From: Parcubacteria group bacterium
GTDB taxonomy: Bacteria; Patescibacteriota; Patescibacteriia; Buchananbacterales; UBA6539
NCBI GenBank assembly: GCA_002687175.1
Contig: NYZP01000030.1
Coordinates: forward strand, 227-64,226
Direction: 5' to 3'
Length of the DNA stretch: 64,000 bases
In this document: in pieces, positions 49,261 to 59,403 of the stretch
Layout of the letters: each line of letters opens with the position of its first letter
Numbering within the stretch: the stretch's first letter is position 1
Translations under genes and position numbers: made by a program
The notes under the pieces: model-generated
Databases searched by the model: none
Told to the model about the DNA's origin: nothing
Seen by the model: the letters and a program-made list of their open reading frames with translations, nothing else

Positions 49261-49586
49261 AACTTACTTTAGTCCATCAAGCAACCCAAGAAGCTGCTAT
49301 AAAAATTATTGATGACAAATTAAATGAATTGCTTGAGCAACAACATGAAGGTATTGAAGTGTCTGATTCAGTCAAGGAATGGGATGACAATATCATGCGT
49401 TTTTCGTTTAGTGTTCAAAAGCTACTTTTTACCTTAGAATTTTCCGGAAATTTGATTGTCACTGATGAAGAAGCCATCCTGGAAGGAGATTTACCAGGTC
49501 TTTTATTAACATTTGTTTCTGAAGATAAGGTTAAAGAAATATTGACCGAGGAATTCAATAAACTTTTTAACATTGAATCAAAGTAA
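49257..49586 (+). CDS. Putative polyhydroxyalkanoic acid system (PHA_gran_rgn-like) protein
   Basis: H...QEAAI..I, W.DN.M.FS, G.L.VTD....L.G.LP pattern. Confidence 0.55.
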   Translation: MKLTLVHQATQEAAIKIIDDKLNELLEQQHEGIEVSDSVKEWDDNIMRFSFSVQKLLFTLEFSGNLIVTDEEAILEGDLPGLLLTFVSEDKVKEILTEEFNKLFNIESK

Positions 49587-50116
49587 TGAGTCAACCAAAA
49601 TTTACGGCCGTGGTAGTTTCGACTATTGACGGAAAAATTGCCAAAAATTCCAAACATAATGTCAACTGGTCGAGTACTGAAGACAAAGTATTTTTACGTC
49701 AAAAAATAGCAGAACATGATGTCGTGGTAGTCGGCCGCACAACTTTTAAGGTTGCCAGGAAGGCTTTAACCAAGAAAAAATTTAGTAGTCGAAATTATAT
49801 TGTTTTAACCAGATCGGTTAAAACTTTTAAAAAAGACAGTCCACAAATAACTTACCTAAACCCGAGCAAGGTCAATTTAAAAAAATTCGTCGGAGATCTA
49901 GGCTATAAAAAAATTTGTGTCTTAGGTGGTACTCAAATTTATAGTCTACTTTTAAAGAAAGGTTTAATAGATGAAATTTATTTAACTATTGAACCGTTAG
50001 TTTTTGGCTCTGGGCTTAATTTTCTTGATGGCCAATTACCAACAACTATTTTCAAACTAATTGCTGTTAAAAAATTAAATAAGTCAGGCACTATTCTATT
50101 ACACTATAAAAAGTAA
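49586..50116 (+). CDS. Dihydrofolate reductase / RibD C-terminal family
   Basis: STIDGKIA, GRTTF, VLGG, LIDEIYLTIEPLVFGSG. Confidence 0.85.
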   Translation: MSQPKFTAVVVSTIDGKIAKNSKHNVNWSSTEDKVFLRQKIAEHDVVVVGRTTFKVARKALTKKKFSSRNYIVLTRSVKTFKKDSPQITYLNPSKVNLKKFVGDLGYKKICVLGGTQIYSLLLKKGLIDEIYLTIEPLVFGSGLNFLDGQLPTTIFKLIAVKKLNKSGTILLHYKK

Positions 50117-50150
50117 TTGACAGCATATTTTTTTTACTTATACTCTGGTT

Positions 50151-50345
50151 ATGGAATGTGTCGTTTGGTAGTGCTGGCGCGCAATGCCGGTGGAATACGC
50201 GATGATGACCAGATCCTTCAGGGATAAGATGAGAGACCGGCCAAGGCCTGGTCTTACTCGGCGCTAGATGAACCGGTAAAAAAGCCCCGACGACGTTAAC
50301 ATTTCCTGCCCTAGCTGATATCCAGTCAGTTGGGGCTATTTTTTT
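50151..50345 (+). ncRNA. Unassigned structured RNA candidate with own promoter and terminator
   Basis: ttgaca 50117 and tatact 50139; 5'/3' pairing ggaatgt/acatttcc and gtcgt/acgac; terminator gccctagctga/tcagttggggc plus T-run. Confidence 0.55.
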
Positions 50346-50431
50346 ACTTGACTTTTCGGCAATAAAAGAATATTATAAATTTGGTTTAAGATTCTATTGG
50401 GGAAAGGTGAGAAGCCAAAAAGGAGGCGGTA

Positions 50432-50734
50432 ATGGTTCAAATTCTGATCAGTTACTGGTACCTGTTCCTGCTGGCCATCATCCTTATACTAGGATTTCTT
50501 TGGCCAGGTTGGTTGACCAGATTGGCAACCAAAAACAACATTGTCCTTTATCGAGCAATATCGAAAAAGGGTGGATGGAAAATACTTTGGATAATCCCAT
50601 TTTTAGGCATCCCGCTAATACTCAGGTCAATACTGAAAAGTGTACACCGAAAAGAGCGTAAAAAGGAAAGATGGACTGATGCCGATGGTGGATTAACAGA
50701 AGAGGGTTGGGGAAACAGCAGTAAAAAAAGTTAA
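50432..50734 (+). CDS. Small two-TM orphan membrane protein
   Basis: SD aggagg; ttgact promoter; two hydrophobic segments. Confidence 0.6.
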   Translation: MVQILISYWYLFLLAIILILGFLWPGWLTRLATKNNIVLYRAISKKGGWKILWIIPFLGIPLILRSILKSVHRKERKKERWTDADGGLTEEGWGNSSKKS

Positions 50735-50807
50735 CGTACATTCTACCGAAACTTTCGTAAGTTTCGGTTTTTCTTTTAGCAATTTTATGTTATAATATGA
50801 AACAAAT

Positions 50808-51185
50808 ATGACTAATAATATTTTTTATACTTCACTCAGGTATGTCATTGTAGAGTTAATCGGTGATGTTTTATATTGGCCGTTGTGGTGGTACTCTAAA
50901 GGGTTGGTAAAGACCGGCCTTTTTTGTTTGACTGAAATTAAAGCAAAACAAGAACGCTTAGGCTTGCTAATTTGGGTTAAAAATTTATTTACTCCAATGT
51001 TTGGGCAGCAAGATTTTGAAGGAAGAGTAATAAGTTTTTTTGCAAGGTTAATCCAAATAATTTTTCGTTCAATTATTTTATTGTTGTATGTAGTTTTGCT
51101 GCTGCTTTTCTTTTCAGCTTGGATTGCATTACCAGTCATTATTTCATTTCAATTGATAGATAACTTGTTATGGTTATTTACCTAA
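50808..51185 (+). CDS. Small membrane protein co-transcribed with the Clp ATPase
   Basis: YWPLWWYSKG...KNLFTPMFGQ.D..GR.ISFF.R, hydrophobic C-terminus. Confidence 0.75.
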   Translation: MTNNIFYTSLRYVIVELIGDVLYWPLWWYSKGLVKTGLFCLTEIKAKQERLGLLIWVKNLFTPMFGQQDFEGRVISFFARLIQIIFRSIILLLYVVLLLLFFSAWIALPVIISFQLIDNLLWLFT

Positions 51186-51192
51186 AAAAATA

Positions 51193-53964
51193 ATGCCTAA
51201 AGAAAAAGTTCAACAACAAAAACTACAAATTTTAAAGTGTGAGCACTGCACCGGAAGTGGCTTAGTACAAAAAAGGGTGTGTGATTTCTGTCTGGGGTTT
51301 GGCATGTTGGCCTGGACTGGAGACGAGTTATTGTATTGGAATAAAAGAATCAATTTAGTCCAAATCGGTAAAGATCGAGTTAAGTTGCTGGTGACAAATT
51401 TTATTAATCTGTCGCTTTTTTTATTTGGAACACTTGGTGTTTTGATGCTTGGCTGGGTCATGGTTTCATTTATTGAGACAGATTTTCTATTTTGGAAATT
51501 TTACAAGATAAGAAACTGGCAAATGACTATTTTTTGGTTGTCCATGCTAACAAATGGCTATTTAGTCTATCGATTTCAAAAAGCTTGGGACAAAATAAAA
51601 TTTATACCAAAACAAAAGTACCAAACCACAAATGTACCTTTTAGAAAAATTAGTTGGTCAGAAGTTAAAGATTTACCTAAAAATAAAAAAATAAACATCA
51701 CAGATTATTTTACTATCGAGGCTCAAACAGCAGTTAATAAATCTTGGCAATTAACTAATCGTTATGAAGATAATCAAACAGACCCTATTCATTTGCTAAT
51801 TGCTTTGCTAACTTACAATCAAACCCAGGTAATTTTTGCCCGCTTAGGAGTCCCTTTTTCAAAGTTAAAAAGTAAAATTAGAAACACGCTTTCAGCTCAA
51901 CCAGAACATAATAAAGGGATGGTTATCTTGAGTACACAAATGAAAGAAATAATTTTTAGATCTTACTTCCTTGCTCGACAACTTCGACAAAAAAAAGTAG
52001 AAATTACCGAACTGTTAGAAGAACTAGTCACTCAAGACAATAAGGTTAACGAACTTTTGTATGATTTGAATATAACAGTTGATAAAATCAGAAACGTTAC
52101 TGCTTGGCTCAGAATCAAACAGCAACTAAGAGATAATTTAAAACGTTTCAAGCAAAAGGCAACCTTAAGACCAAGAAGTTCCATGAATCGAGCGATGACT
52201 GCAGTGGCTATTCCAACTCTTGATACTTTTAGCCAAGATTTAACACTGCTGGCTCAAACAGGGTATTTGTTACCGTGTATTGGACGGGACAAAGAAATTG
52301 AAGAAATTTTTAATATCATGCATGGTGGAACCAGACGAAGCGTTATTTTAATTGGCCAACCAGGAGTGGGTAAAAATACCATAATTGATGGTATTGCTCA
52401 AAGGATGGTTGAGGATAATGTCCCTGATTTTTTAAAAGATAAAAGGTTAGTAAATTTAAGTGTTGCTAAAATCGTTAGTGGAGCTACTCCCGTGGAAGCA
52501 CAAAAACGCTTAATGACAGTAATTCATGAAATCAGAAGGTCGGGAAATATTATTTTATTCATTGAAAATGTTGATAAAATGATTGGTATTTCTGCAGGGC
52601 GCCAGGGAAGCATTGATTTAGCAGATGTTTTGTCACAAACTTTATCTAACAATAATCTTTTAGCTTTAGCCACCACCACCCCCGATGATTACCGTAAATA
52701 CTTTGAAGGAAAAAGTTCTTTGGATAATGTGTTTGAAAAAGTAGATATTACTGAAGTATCAGGAAATGAAGCAATTCAAATTTTAGAAGCTAAAGCCGGT
52801 TCAGTAGAATACCAAAACGAAGTATTCTTTTCTTATGATGCTATTGCCCAGACTGTTAATCTTTCCGACCGTTATTTACACGAACGCTATTTACCAGAGA
52901 AAGCGATAGAAATTATTCAAGAAGTTGCCACAAAAGTTAAGCAAGAAAAAGGCAAAGATAGCACGGTGACTGCCAACGATGTGGCAACTGTTATTTCTAA
53001 CAAAACAAACATTCCGCTGACTGAAATTACTCAAGAAGAGTCAAAAAAATTACTTAACCTTGAAGATAAAATTCACCAAAGAGTTATTGGGCAAGATGAA
53101 GCAGTCACTGCAGTGGCGGCAAGTATACGTCGTGCCAGGGCTGAAATGAGAGATACTTCAAAGCCAATTGTTAATTTGTTATTTTTAGGACCAACAGGCG
53201 TTGGGAAAACCGAACTGGCGAAATCAGTAGCCGAAGTCTATTTTGGTAATGAAAAAAACATGATTCGTCTTGATATGTCAGAATATCAAGATAAAACCAG
53301 TATTAATCGACTAATTGGTGCTCCACCAGGTTACAGTGGAGCCGGTGAAGGCGGTTATTTATCTGAGGCAGTTAGAAAAAAACAGTTTTCTTTGATACTC
53401 CTGGATGAAATTGAAAAAGCCCATCCTGATATTTTAAATATTTTTTTGCAGGTGTTAGACGATGGTCGTCTGACTGACAGTTCTGGCCGAACCATTGATT
53501 TTACCAATACAATAATTATTGCTACTTCAAATGCTGGTACCAGGTTCATCCAAGACCAGGTAAAACAAAAAATGCCAATTGGCGAAATCAAGCAACAATT
53601 GATTGATTCTAAGTTAGGAAAATTTTTTAGGCCAGAGTTATTAAATAGGTTCGATGGCATTATTGTATTTAAACCCCTAACTCTCGACGGTGTTGAAAAA
53701 ATTGCTCAGTTAATGATTAAAAAAGTTGGTAAAACCTTAGAAGAAAAGGGGATTACCCTAGACGCTAGCGATGAGGCAGTTAAAGAAATTGCTACTGCTG
53801 GTTTTGATCCGCAATTCGGTGCCAGACCTCTACGTCGGGTGATTCAACAAAAAGTGCAGGATCCACTGGCTAACTATTTACTATCAGGAAAGATTGATCG
53901 TCGTGATAAAGTGATGATTGAGGCTGGTGGAGAAATAAGTATTAAAAAAGCAAAAAAAATATAA
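51193..53964 (+). CDS. ClpA/ClpC-like AAA+ ATPase with N-terminal zinc finger and TM helices
   Basis: CEHCTGSG..CDFCLGFG, 2 TMs, Clp-N repeats, GQPGVGK, GPTGVGKTE, RLDMSEY, LLDEIEKAH, FGARPLRR. Confidence 0.9.
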   Translation: MPKEKVQQQKLQILKCEHCTGSGLVQKRVCDFCLGFGMLAWTGDELLYWNKRINLVQIGKDRVKLLVTNFINLSLFLFGTLGVLMLGWVMVSFIETDFLFWKFYKIRNWQMTIFWLSMLTNGYLVYRFQKAWDKIKFIPKQKYQTTNVPFRKISWSEVKDLPKNKKINITDYFTIEAQTAVNKSWQLTNRYEDNQTDPIHLLIALLTYNQTQVIFARLGVPFSKLKSKIRNTLSAQPEHNKGMVILSTQMKEIIFRSYFLARQLRQKKVEITELLEELVTQDNKVNELLYDLNITVDKIRNVTAWLRIKQQLRDNLKRFKQKATLRPRSSMNRAMTAVAIPTLDTFSQDLTLLAQTGYLLPCIGRDKEIEEIFNIMHGGTRRSVILIGQPGVGKNTIIDGIAQRMVEDNVPDFLKDKRLVNLSVAKIVSGATPVEAQKRLMTVIHEIRRSGNIILFIENVDKMIGISAGRQGSIDLADVLSQTLSNNNLLALATTTPDDYRKYFEGKSSLDNVFEKVDITEVSGNEAIQILEAKAGSVEYQNEVFFSYDAIAQTVNLSDRYLHERYLPEKAIEIIQEVATKVKQEKGKDSTVTANDVATVISNKTNIPLTEITQEESKKLLNLEDKIHQRVIGQDEAVTAVAASIRRARAEMRDTSKPIVNLLFLGPTGVGKTELAKSVAEVYFGNEKNMIRLDMSEYQDKTSINRLIGAPPGYSGAGEGGYLSEAVRKKQFSLILLDEIEKAHPDILNIFLQVLDDGRLTDSSGRTIDFTNTIIIATSNAGTRFIQDQVKQKMPIGEIKQQLIDSKLGKFFRPELLNRFDGIIVFKPLTLDGVEKIAQLMIKKVGKTLEEKGITLDASDEAVKEIATAGFDPQFGARPLRRVIQQKVQDPLANYLLSGKIDRRDKVMIEAGGEISIKKAKKI

Positions 53965-54989
53965 TGTTTTATTTTGTACCATTATTAATAGCATTTACTA
54001 TTTCATTAGTTTTAACACCACTAGTAAGAAAAATTGCACTTCTCACTCGCATTATTGATGCTCCAGTTGCTAGGAAAATTCATAAAAAACCAACTCCACT
54101 TTTAGGTGGCGTCGCTCTTTTTTTATCATTTTTTATTACCACAGTTATTTTTTGGATTTTTGGTTATATTACTGACTCAAAAATTTCTGATATAAATATT
54201 ATAGCAATTCTAGCTGGAGGATTTGTTTTGATTATTGGAGGACTGCTTGATGATAAATATAACTTTAAACCATATCAACAAATACCATTCCCAATTATCG
54301 CTGCCGGAATAATAGTTTTTTCTGGCATCAAGATTCAATTTATTTCAAACCCTCTGGGAGGCATTTTAGAATTTTCATTATTAGCCGGAATACTTTTAGC
54401 CTTTTTCTGGATCCTGGGAATGATTTACACCACCAAATTACTGGATGGTCTTGATGGCCTAGTAACTGGTGTAACGACCATTGGTGCTTTTATAATTTTT
54501 GCAGTCAGTCTTTTTTGGGATGTCCCTTCTTCTGGAACTTCTGTGTTAGCGTTAATCCTGGCCGGAGCCAGTCTGGGTTTTTTAATATTTAACTGGCATC
54601 CAGCCAAAATTTTTTTAGGAGAAGGCGGAAGTGTTTTTTGTGGTTTTATGCTGGGAACTTTAGCTATTATATCAGGATCAAAGATTGCTACCGCTTTATT
54701 AATTTTGGGTATCCCAATTTTAGATGTTTTCTGGGTTATTGCAAACAGAATCTGGCAAGGCAAGTCCATCGCCAAAGGGGATAATAAACATCTGCATTTC
54801 AGACTTTTAGATATCGGGTTATCACACCGGCAAACTGTTATTTTTTTATACTTTTTAACCGCAGCCTTTGGTGTAACTTCACTTTTCCTGCATTCCAAGG
54901 GAAAAATTATTGCCTTAGGAATTCTGGCCGCTGTGATGATAATATTAGCCAGTAGTTTAATGCTAATCTACAAATTTAAAAATGAATAA
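53964..54989 (+). CDS. WecA/TagO/MraY-family GlcNAc-1-phosphate transferase
   Basis: RKIH..PTPLLGG, GLLDD, DGLDGL, FNWHPAKIFLG, HLHFRL. Confidence 0.9.
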   Translation: MFYFVPLLIAFTISLVLTPLVRKIALLTRIIDAPVARKIHKKPTPLLGGVALFLSFFITTVIFWIFGYITDSKISDINIIAILAGGFVLIIGGLLDDKYNFKPYQQIPFPIIAAGIIVFSGIKIQFISNPLGGILEFSLLAGILLAFFWILGMIYTTKLLDGLDGLVTGVTTIGAFIIFAVSLFWDVPSSGTSVLALILAGASLGFLIFNWHPAKIFLGEGGSVFCGFMLGTLAIISGSKIATALLILGIPILDVFWVIANRIWQGKSIAKGDNKHLHFRLLDIGLSHRQTVIFLYFLTAAFGVTSLFLHSKGKIIALGILAAVMIILASSLMLIYKFKNE

Positions 54990-55434
54990 AAATAATAGAC
55001 TACTAATTATTTCATTACTCTTGGTAGCTTCTGCATTTCTTTTGCTAAGTCAAAATAAAAACCAAAGTTACCTAAAAATTAATGACAGCACGATTAAGGT
55101 TAAGGTTGCTAAGACGGTACAAGAACAAACTATTGGGTTGGGTGGAGAGTTGAATTTAGCCGAAAACCAGGGAATGCTCTTTGTATTTCCTGATCAGCAA
55201 GTTAGAAATTTCTGGATGAAAGACATGCTTTTTCCAATTGATATTATCTGGATTCAAGATAATTACATTATCGCCATTGAAAAAAATGTTCCTATTCCTA
55301 CTGGCGATCAACAAAATATTCCCCAGTATCGTTCACCACAACCAGTTAACTATGTCTTGGAAGTTAATGCTGGGTTTACTGATAAGACCAACATTGCAAT
55401 AGGTAATGAAGTTGATTTTTTCTTACTTGACTAA
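54982..55434 (+). CDS. DUF192 domain protein
   Basis: GMLFVF, FWMKDM.FPIDIIWI, YVLEVNAG. Confidence 0.88.
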   Translation: MNKNNRLLIISLLLVASAFLLLSQNKNQSYLKINDSTIKVKVAKTVQEQTIGLGGELNLAENQGMLFVFPDQQVRNFWMKDMLFPIDIIWIQDNYIIAIEKNVPIPTGDQQNIPQYRSPQPVNYVLEVNAGFTDKTNIAIGNEVDFFLLD

Positions 55435-55483
55435 TTTTTCAACAAACTATACAATATATAAACCTTAAATATAATATATAAAT

Positions 55484-55789
55484 ATGTTAGCAGTTATAAA
55501 AACTGGTGGAAAACAGTACCTGGTCAAAAAAGGAGATAAAATTAAAGTAGAGAAGCTTCCTGGTAAAGAGGGTAGTGCTGTTAAATTTGATACTTTGTTA
55601 ACTACCGATGAAAAAGGTGTAAAAGTCGAAATTGGCAAACCACTTTTAAAATCTAAGGTGGAAGCCAAAATTTTAAAACAAGATAAAGACAAAAAGCTGG
55701 TAGTGGTTAAGTACAAATCAAAAACTCGATATACTAGACGCATTGGCCATCGCCAACCATTTTCTCTTGTAGAAATTGAAAAGATTTAA
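55484..55789 (+). CDS. rplU: 50S ribosomal protein L21
   Basis: AVIKTGGKQY, GHRQ. Confidence 0.96.
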   Translation: MLAVIKTGGKQYLVKKGDKIKVEKLPGKEGSAVKFDTLLTTDEKGVKVEIGKPLLKSKVEAKILKQDKDKKLVVVKYKSKTRYTRRIGHRQPFSLVEIEKI

Positions 55790-55841
55790 TTTTTAAGCAA
55801 AAAAAAATAGCCCCACGACCTAGGGGTTGTTTTTTAAATAC

Positions 55842-56444
55842 TTAAATTTCTTTTCGTCCCTTCAAGGCATTACCTAACGTTGTTTCATCAGCATATTCTA
55901 GATCGCTACCAGTTGGTAACCCTTGAGCTAAACGGGTAACTTTCAAATTACTAAACTGCTTTAATAATTTAGTTAAATAAAGTATTGTGGTCTCGCCTGG
56001 TAAATCTGAATTAATGGCTAAAATAATTTCCAACACGTTATCAGTCTTAATCCTGTCTAGAAGCTGTTTAATATTAAGTTGCTCGGGGGTAATCCCGTCT
56101 AGCGGATCAATCACTCCACCTAAAATATGGTAAACTCCTTGATACTCATTGGTTTTTTCTAGAGCAAATAAATCTTGTGGCTTAGCTAAAATGCAAATAA
56201 CCGTTGAACTTCTTTGACTATTGCCACATATTGAACACGGACTGGCTTCAGCATAATTTTGACATTTTGCGCAAACAGTAACCGTGTTTTTTAAATGCTG
56301 CATAGCATCACCAAATTTAGCCAGGTCTTCTTTGGGACGTGTCAATAAATGGAAAACTAAGCGCTCGGCAGTCTTCGGTCCAATGCCGGGCAACCGTGAA
56401 AATTGATCAATAACTTTCTTAATGGTTTGAGGATACGCGGACAT
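55842..56444 (-). CDS. recR: Recombination mediator RecR
   Basis: LPGIGPKTAERL, C4 zinc finger, YHILGG, GETT, LEYADETTL. Confidence 0.95.
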   Translation of the reverse strand: MSAYPQTIKKVIDQFSRLPGIGPKTAERLVFHLLTRPKEDLAKFGDAMQHLKNTVTVCAKCQNYAEASPCSICGNSQRSSTVICILAKPQDLFALEKTNEYQGVYHILGGVIDPLDGITPEQLNIKQLLDRIKTDNVLEIILAINSDLPGETTILYLTKLLKQFSNLKVTRLAQGLPTGSDLEYADETTLGNALKGRKEI

Positions 56445-56737
56445 TAATTTTTAGTGCTGACCGAGTAAATAAGAGTAATAGTACCAACCCAGATAGGAGC
56501 TAACACCGGTAAAATAACATTAACGGAAATACCAATAAATTTTAAAATAAAGCCCATAGCAACCGTTAGAATTGAACCAAAGATTATGGCGATAATCAAT
56601 GTCTTAGCTTTGTTATCTTTAGGTGGTTTTTGATGAGGTAGAGATTCCAAAGGTGGAGAAATTGGCTGTTCGTTTATATCACCTGCCGGATGTGGCGGAG
56701 CTGGTGGACGATGTGATGGTTTTGGTGGTGGAGGCAT
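56444..56737 (-). CDS. Pro-rich small two-TM protein
   Basis: Translationally coupled between dnaB and recR. Confidence 0.65.
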   Translation of the reverse strand: MPPPPKPSHRPPAPPHPAGDINEQPISPPLESLPHQKPPKDNKAKTLIIAIIFGSILTVAMGFILKFIGISVNVILPVLAPIWVGTITLIYSVSTKN

Positions 56738-56742
56738 AAAAA

Positions 56743-58128
56743 TTACTCAAATTTAATTTCTTCGTCACTAATTTTTCGATCAACGCTCCTGAAAGTTACA
56801 TTATTTTGATCAAAGAATAGTTGAATTTTTCCAGTTGGCCCATTACGATGTTTAGCTACTATAATATCAGCTAAATTAGCTTTGTCAGGCGGTAAATCTT
56901 TTTGATAGGTAGCGTCACGATAAATAAATAATACCACATCAGCGTCTTGTTCAATAGAGCCAGAATCTCTAAGATCAGCCAAGCGGGGAATATGAGTTTC
57001 TCTTGACTCAACACTACGAGATAATTGCGACAAAGCTAACACTGGTACATTAAGCTCACGAGCAATTGCTTTTAAATTTCGAGATATTTCAGAAACTTCC
57101 TGGACTCTATTTTCTCTATTGCCAGAGGTGCCTTCCATTAATTGAAGATAATCAATAATAATTAATCCTAAGCCATGTTCAGTCTGTAGTCTACGGGCTT
57201 TGGTTCTAATTTCCATTACATTAGAATTAGCCGAGTCATCAATATAGATTTTAGCCTCAGACAGAACTCCCATGGCATGATTAATTTTGGAAAAATCATC
57301 ATTTTCTCCTTGATCTGATAATTTACCAGTTCGCATCTTCCAGAGATCAACTCCCGCTTCTGAACAGAGTAGTCGATCAACCAGTTGTTCTTTGGACATT
57401 TCTAAACTAAATATGCCAACTGGTATCTTGGCTTTAGTTGATACATTTCGAGCAATGTCTAAGGCAAAAGTAGTTTTACCAACTGATGGCCTGGCAGCCA
57501 GAATAATTAAATCTGATTTTTGCAAGCCAGCTAAAACATTGTCCAAATCATTATAATAAGTTGGCACTCCTCTTAATTTACCAGATTCACGATGTAGCTC
57601 ATCAATTCGATCAAAAGCTTCCGTTAAAACATCAGAAATTGGCATAAAAGTTCTTTTAAGATACTTCTGAGAAACCCCAAATAACCTTTGCTCGGCTTTA
57701 TCAAGAAGAGAATCAACTTCTTCGGTCTCCTGAAACCCCAATTCGGTAATTTCTGAGGCCGCTGAGATCAGTCGCCGTAAAGTTGCTTTACTTTGAACAG
57801 TTTTAGCATAATGAGTAACGTGGCTGGAAGTTGGTACGGTATTAGCTAAACTGGTTAAGTAGCTCCGACCGCCAACAGTATCTAGATGACCTTTTTCTTC
57901 AAGTCGACTGCCTAAGCTCAATAAATCAATAGGTTCACGCCTTTCATACAAACCCTTAATACTTTCAAAAATAAGGCGATGCCTGTCATTATAAAAATCA
58001 TCGGCGTTGATAATATCAGCAATTTTAATAATAGCATCTTTATCAATCAGTAAAGACCCGAGCAACGATTGCTCCATTTCTAGATTTTGCGGTGGAATTT
58101 TTTCTTTGGTTTCGCTATGTTGAGCCAT
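56743..58128 (-). CDS. dnaB: Replicative DNA helicase
   Basis: PPQN.E.EQ.LLG, AARPSVGKT, FSLEMS, IDYLQL, LSQLSR, DLRDSGSIEQDAD, KHRNGP; no intein. Confidence 0.97.
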   Translation of the reverse strand: MAQHSETKEKIPPQNLEMEQSLLGSLLIDKDAIIKIADIINADDFYNDRHRLIFESIKGLYERREPIDLLSLGSRLEEKGHLDTVGGRSYLTSLANTVPTSSHVTHYAKTVQSKATLRRLISAASEITELGFQETEEVDSLLDKAEQRLFGVSQKYLKRTFMPISDVLTEAFDRIDELHRESGKLRGVPTYYNDLDNVLAGLQKSDLIILAARPSVGKTTFALDIARNVSTKAKIPVGIFSLEMSKEQLVDRLLCSEAGVDLWKMRTGKLSDQGENDDFSKINHAMGVLSEAKIYIDDSANSNVMEIRTKARRLQTEHGLGLIIIDYLQLMEGTSGNRENRVQEVSEISRNLKAIARELNVPVLALSQLSRSVESRETHIPRLADLRDSGSIEQDADVVLFIYRDATYQKDLPPDKANLADIIVAKHRNGPTGKIQLFFDQNNVTFRSVDRKISDEEIKFE

Positions 58129-58389
58129 GAGAAAAAGTAGAGTTATATTTTATTGGTGAGTACATCTTACACTACTTTACCCGTCCATTTCAAGTGTTTT
58201 TAAACCAAAACTTGGCCACATATTATCCACCCCGCCTGTTTAGTAGCAACCGTCTTGCCAAAAAGCCCTTTTCTTGTTAGTATTGAATTTGTTTAAAACA
58301 TTACCGTGGGGCGTAAGCGCCCCTAGCCATTAATCAATGCAAGCACAAGAAAAGTAACAGTTGTGGCTAAACAAAATTAATAGAATCGT

Positions 58390-58465
58390 GGGGCGTTAGC
58401 TCAGTTGGTAGAGCAGCAGCCTTTTAAGCTGAATGTCGGGGGTTCGAATCCCTCACGCCCCACCA
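58390..58465 (+). tRNA. tRNA-Lys (TTT) with encoded CCA
   Basis: ggggcgt/acgcccc acceptor, gctc/gagc D stem, ctTTTaa loop, ggttcgaatcc T arm. Confidence 0.95.
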
Positions 58466-58525
58466 ATCGCCTATTAGGCGATTTTTTGGTAGAATAACAA
58501 TATATATAAATATTATTAACATGCT

Positions 58526-59388
58526 ATGTCCAAAATAAAAATCATCTTTGTAGTCATGTTTACGGTCTTTGTATTTGGTTTTATCAAATTTTATCTGAAA
58601 TTTCCAGATGTCAATTCCGATGCTCTTGGAACTGTAATTACCGTATCTAGTATTCTGTTTGGATTTTTGGCTGGTTTTTTTATTAATGAATTATGGTCTA
58701 GGTATACAGAAATTCGCTCTATTCAAGGAGCTCGTCTATCTGATAGTTTAAATATGATTAATTATGCTGAAAATTTCTACGGCAACATTAAGTTTAAAAA
58801 TGATTTCAAAAGAAGAATAGAAGCTACTGCTTTTGTAGATGAAATTATAAATTGGGACGAGGGACAGCTAGAAACTTCTTATTGGCAAAATATAGAACGT
58901 TCTTTTGATTTTATAAAAGATGAGAGGTTAAAGGAAGTAAATCAAAAATATACTTTGATGACATGCTTGGTATGCACAACCGAACTGTAAGTGCTATGAT
59001 ACGACTTGATACACTGTATAAGGAGAGGCTTTTTGTTGCTGAGTGGATGTTGCTCTACACTTTGTCATTAATAATAGCTCTTTCAGTTCTCTTTATAAAT
59101 ACAGAAAATTTATTTTTTCAGATGGTTGTGCTTATTTTTCCTGCCGTTATTTCTTTAGCCTTGTTTATTATAAACTACCTAGATAAGCTTGCTTGGAGCA
59201 GAGAAAGTGTTACTTTGGAACCCAACCAAAGATTATTTGATGCTATAGGCAAAAAAAGATTTTACCTCAAGAGAAACATTAAATATCTAAAAAAATCTAC
59301 CAAAAGATACCGTACAGAGGATGAATTAACAGATGAATTACAAAAAATTCATTCCGATATTTTAAATAAAAGAAAAAGCCAATCTTAG
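58526..59388 (+). pseudogene. Frameshifted membrane protein (ORFs 58526-58990 and 58963-59388)
   Basis: The second frame is already open from about 58930 (KGSKSKIYFDDMLG); TMs at both ends fit a single 4-TM protein. Confidence 0.6.
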
Positions 59389-59403
59389 CTCTTCTGGTCC
59401 AGT

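Noticed and set aside
50407-50661. 84-aa GTG ORF
   Set aside because: Overlaps the SD-led 50432 ORF in another frame, which has the better signals
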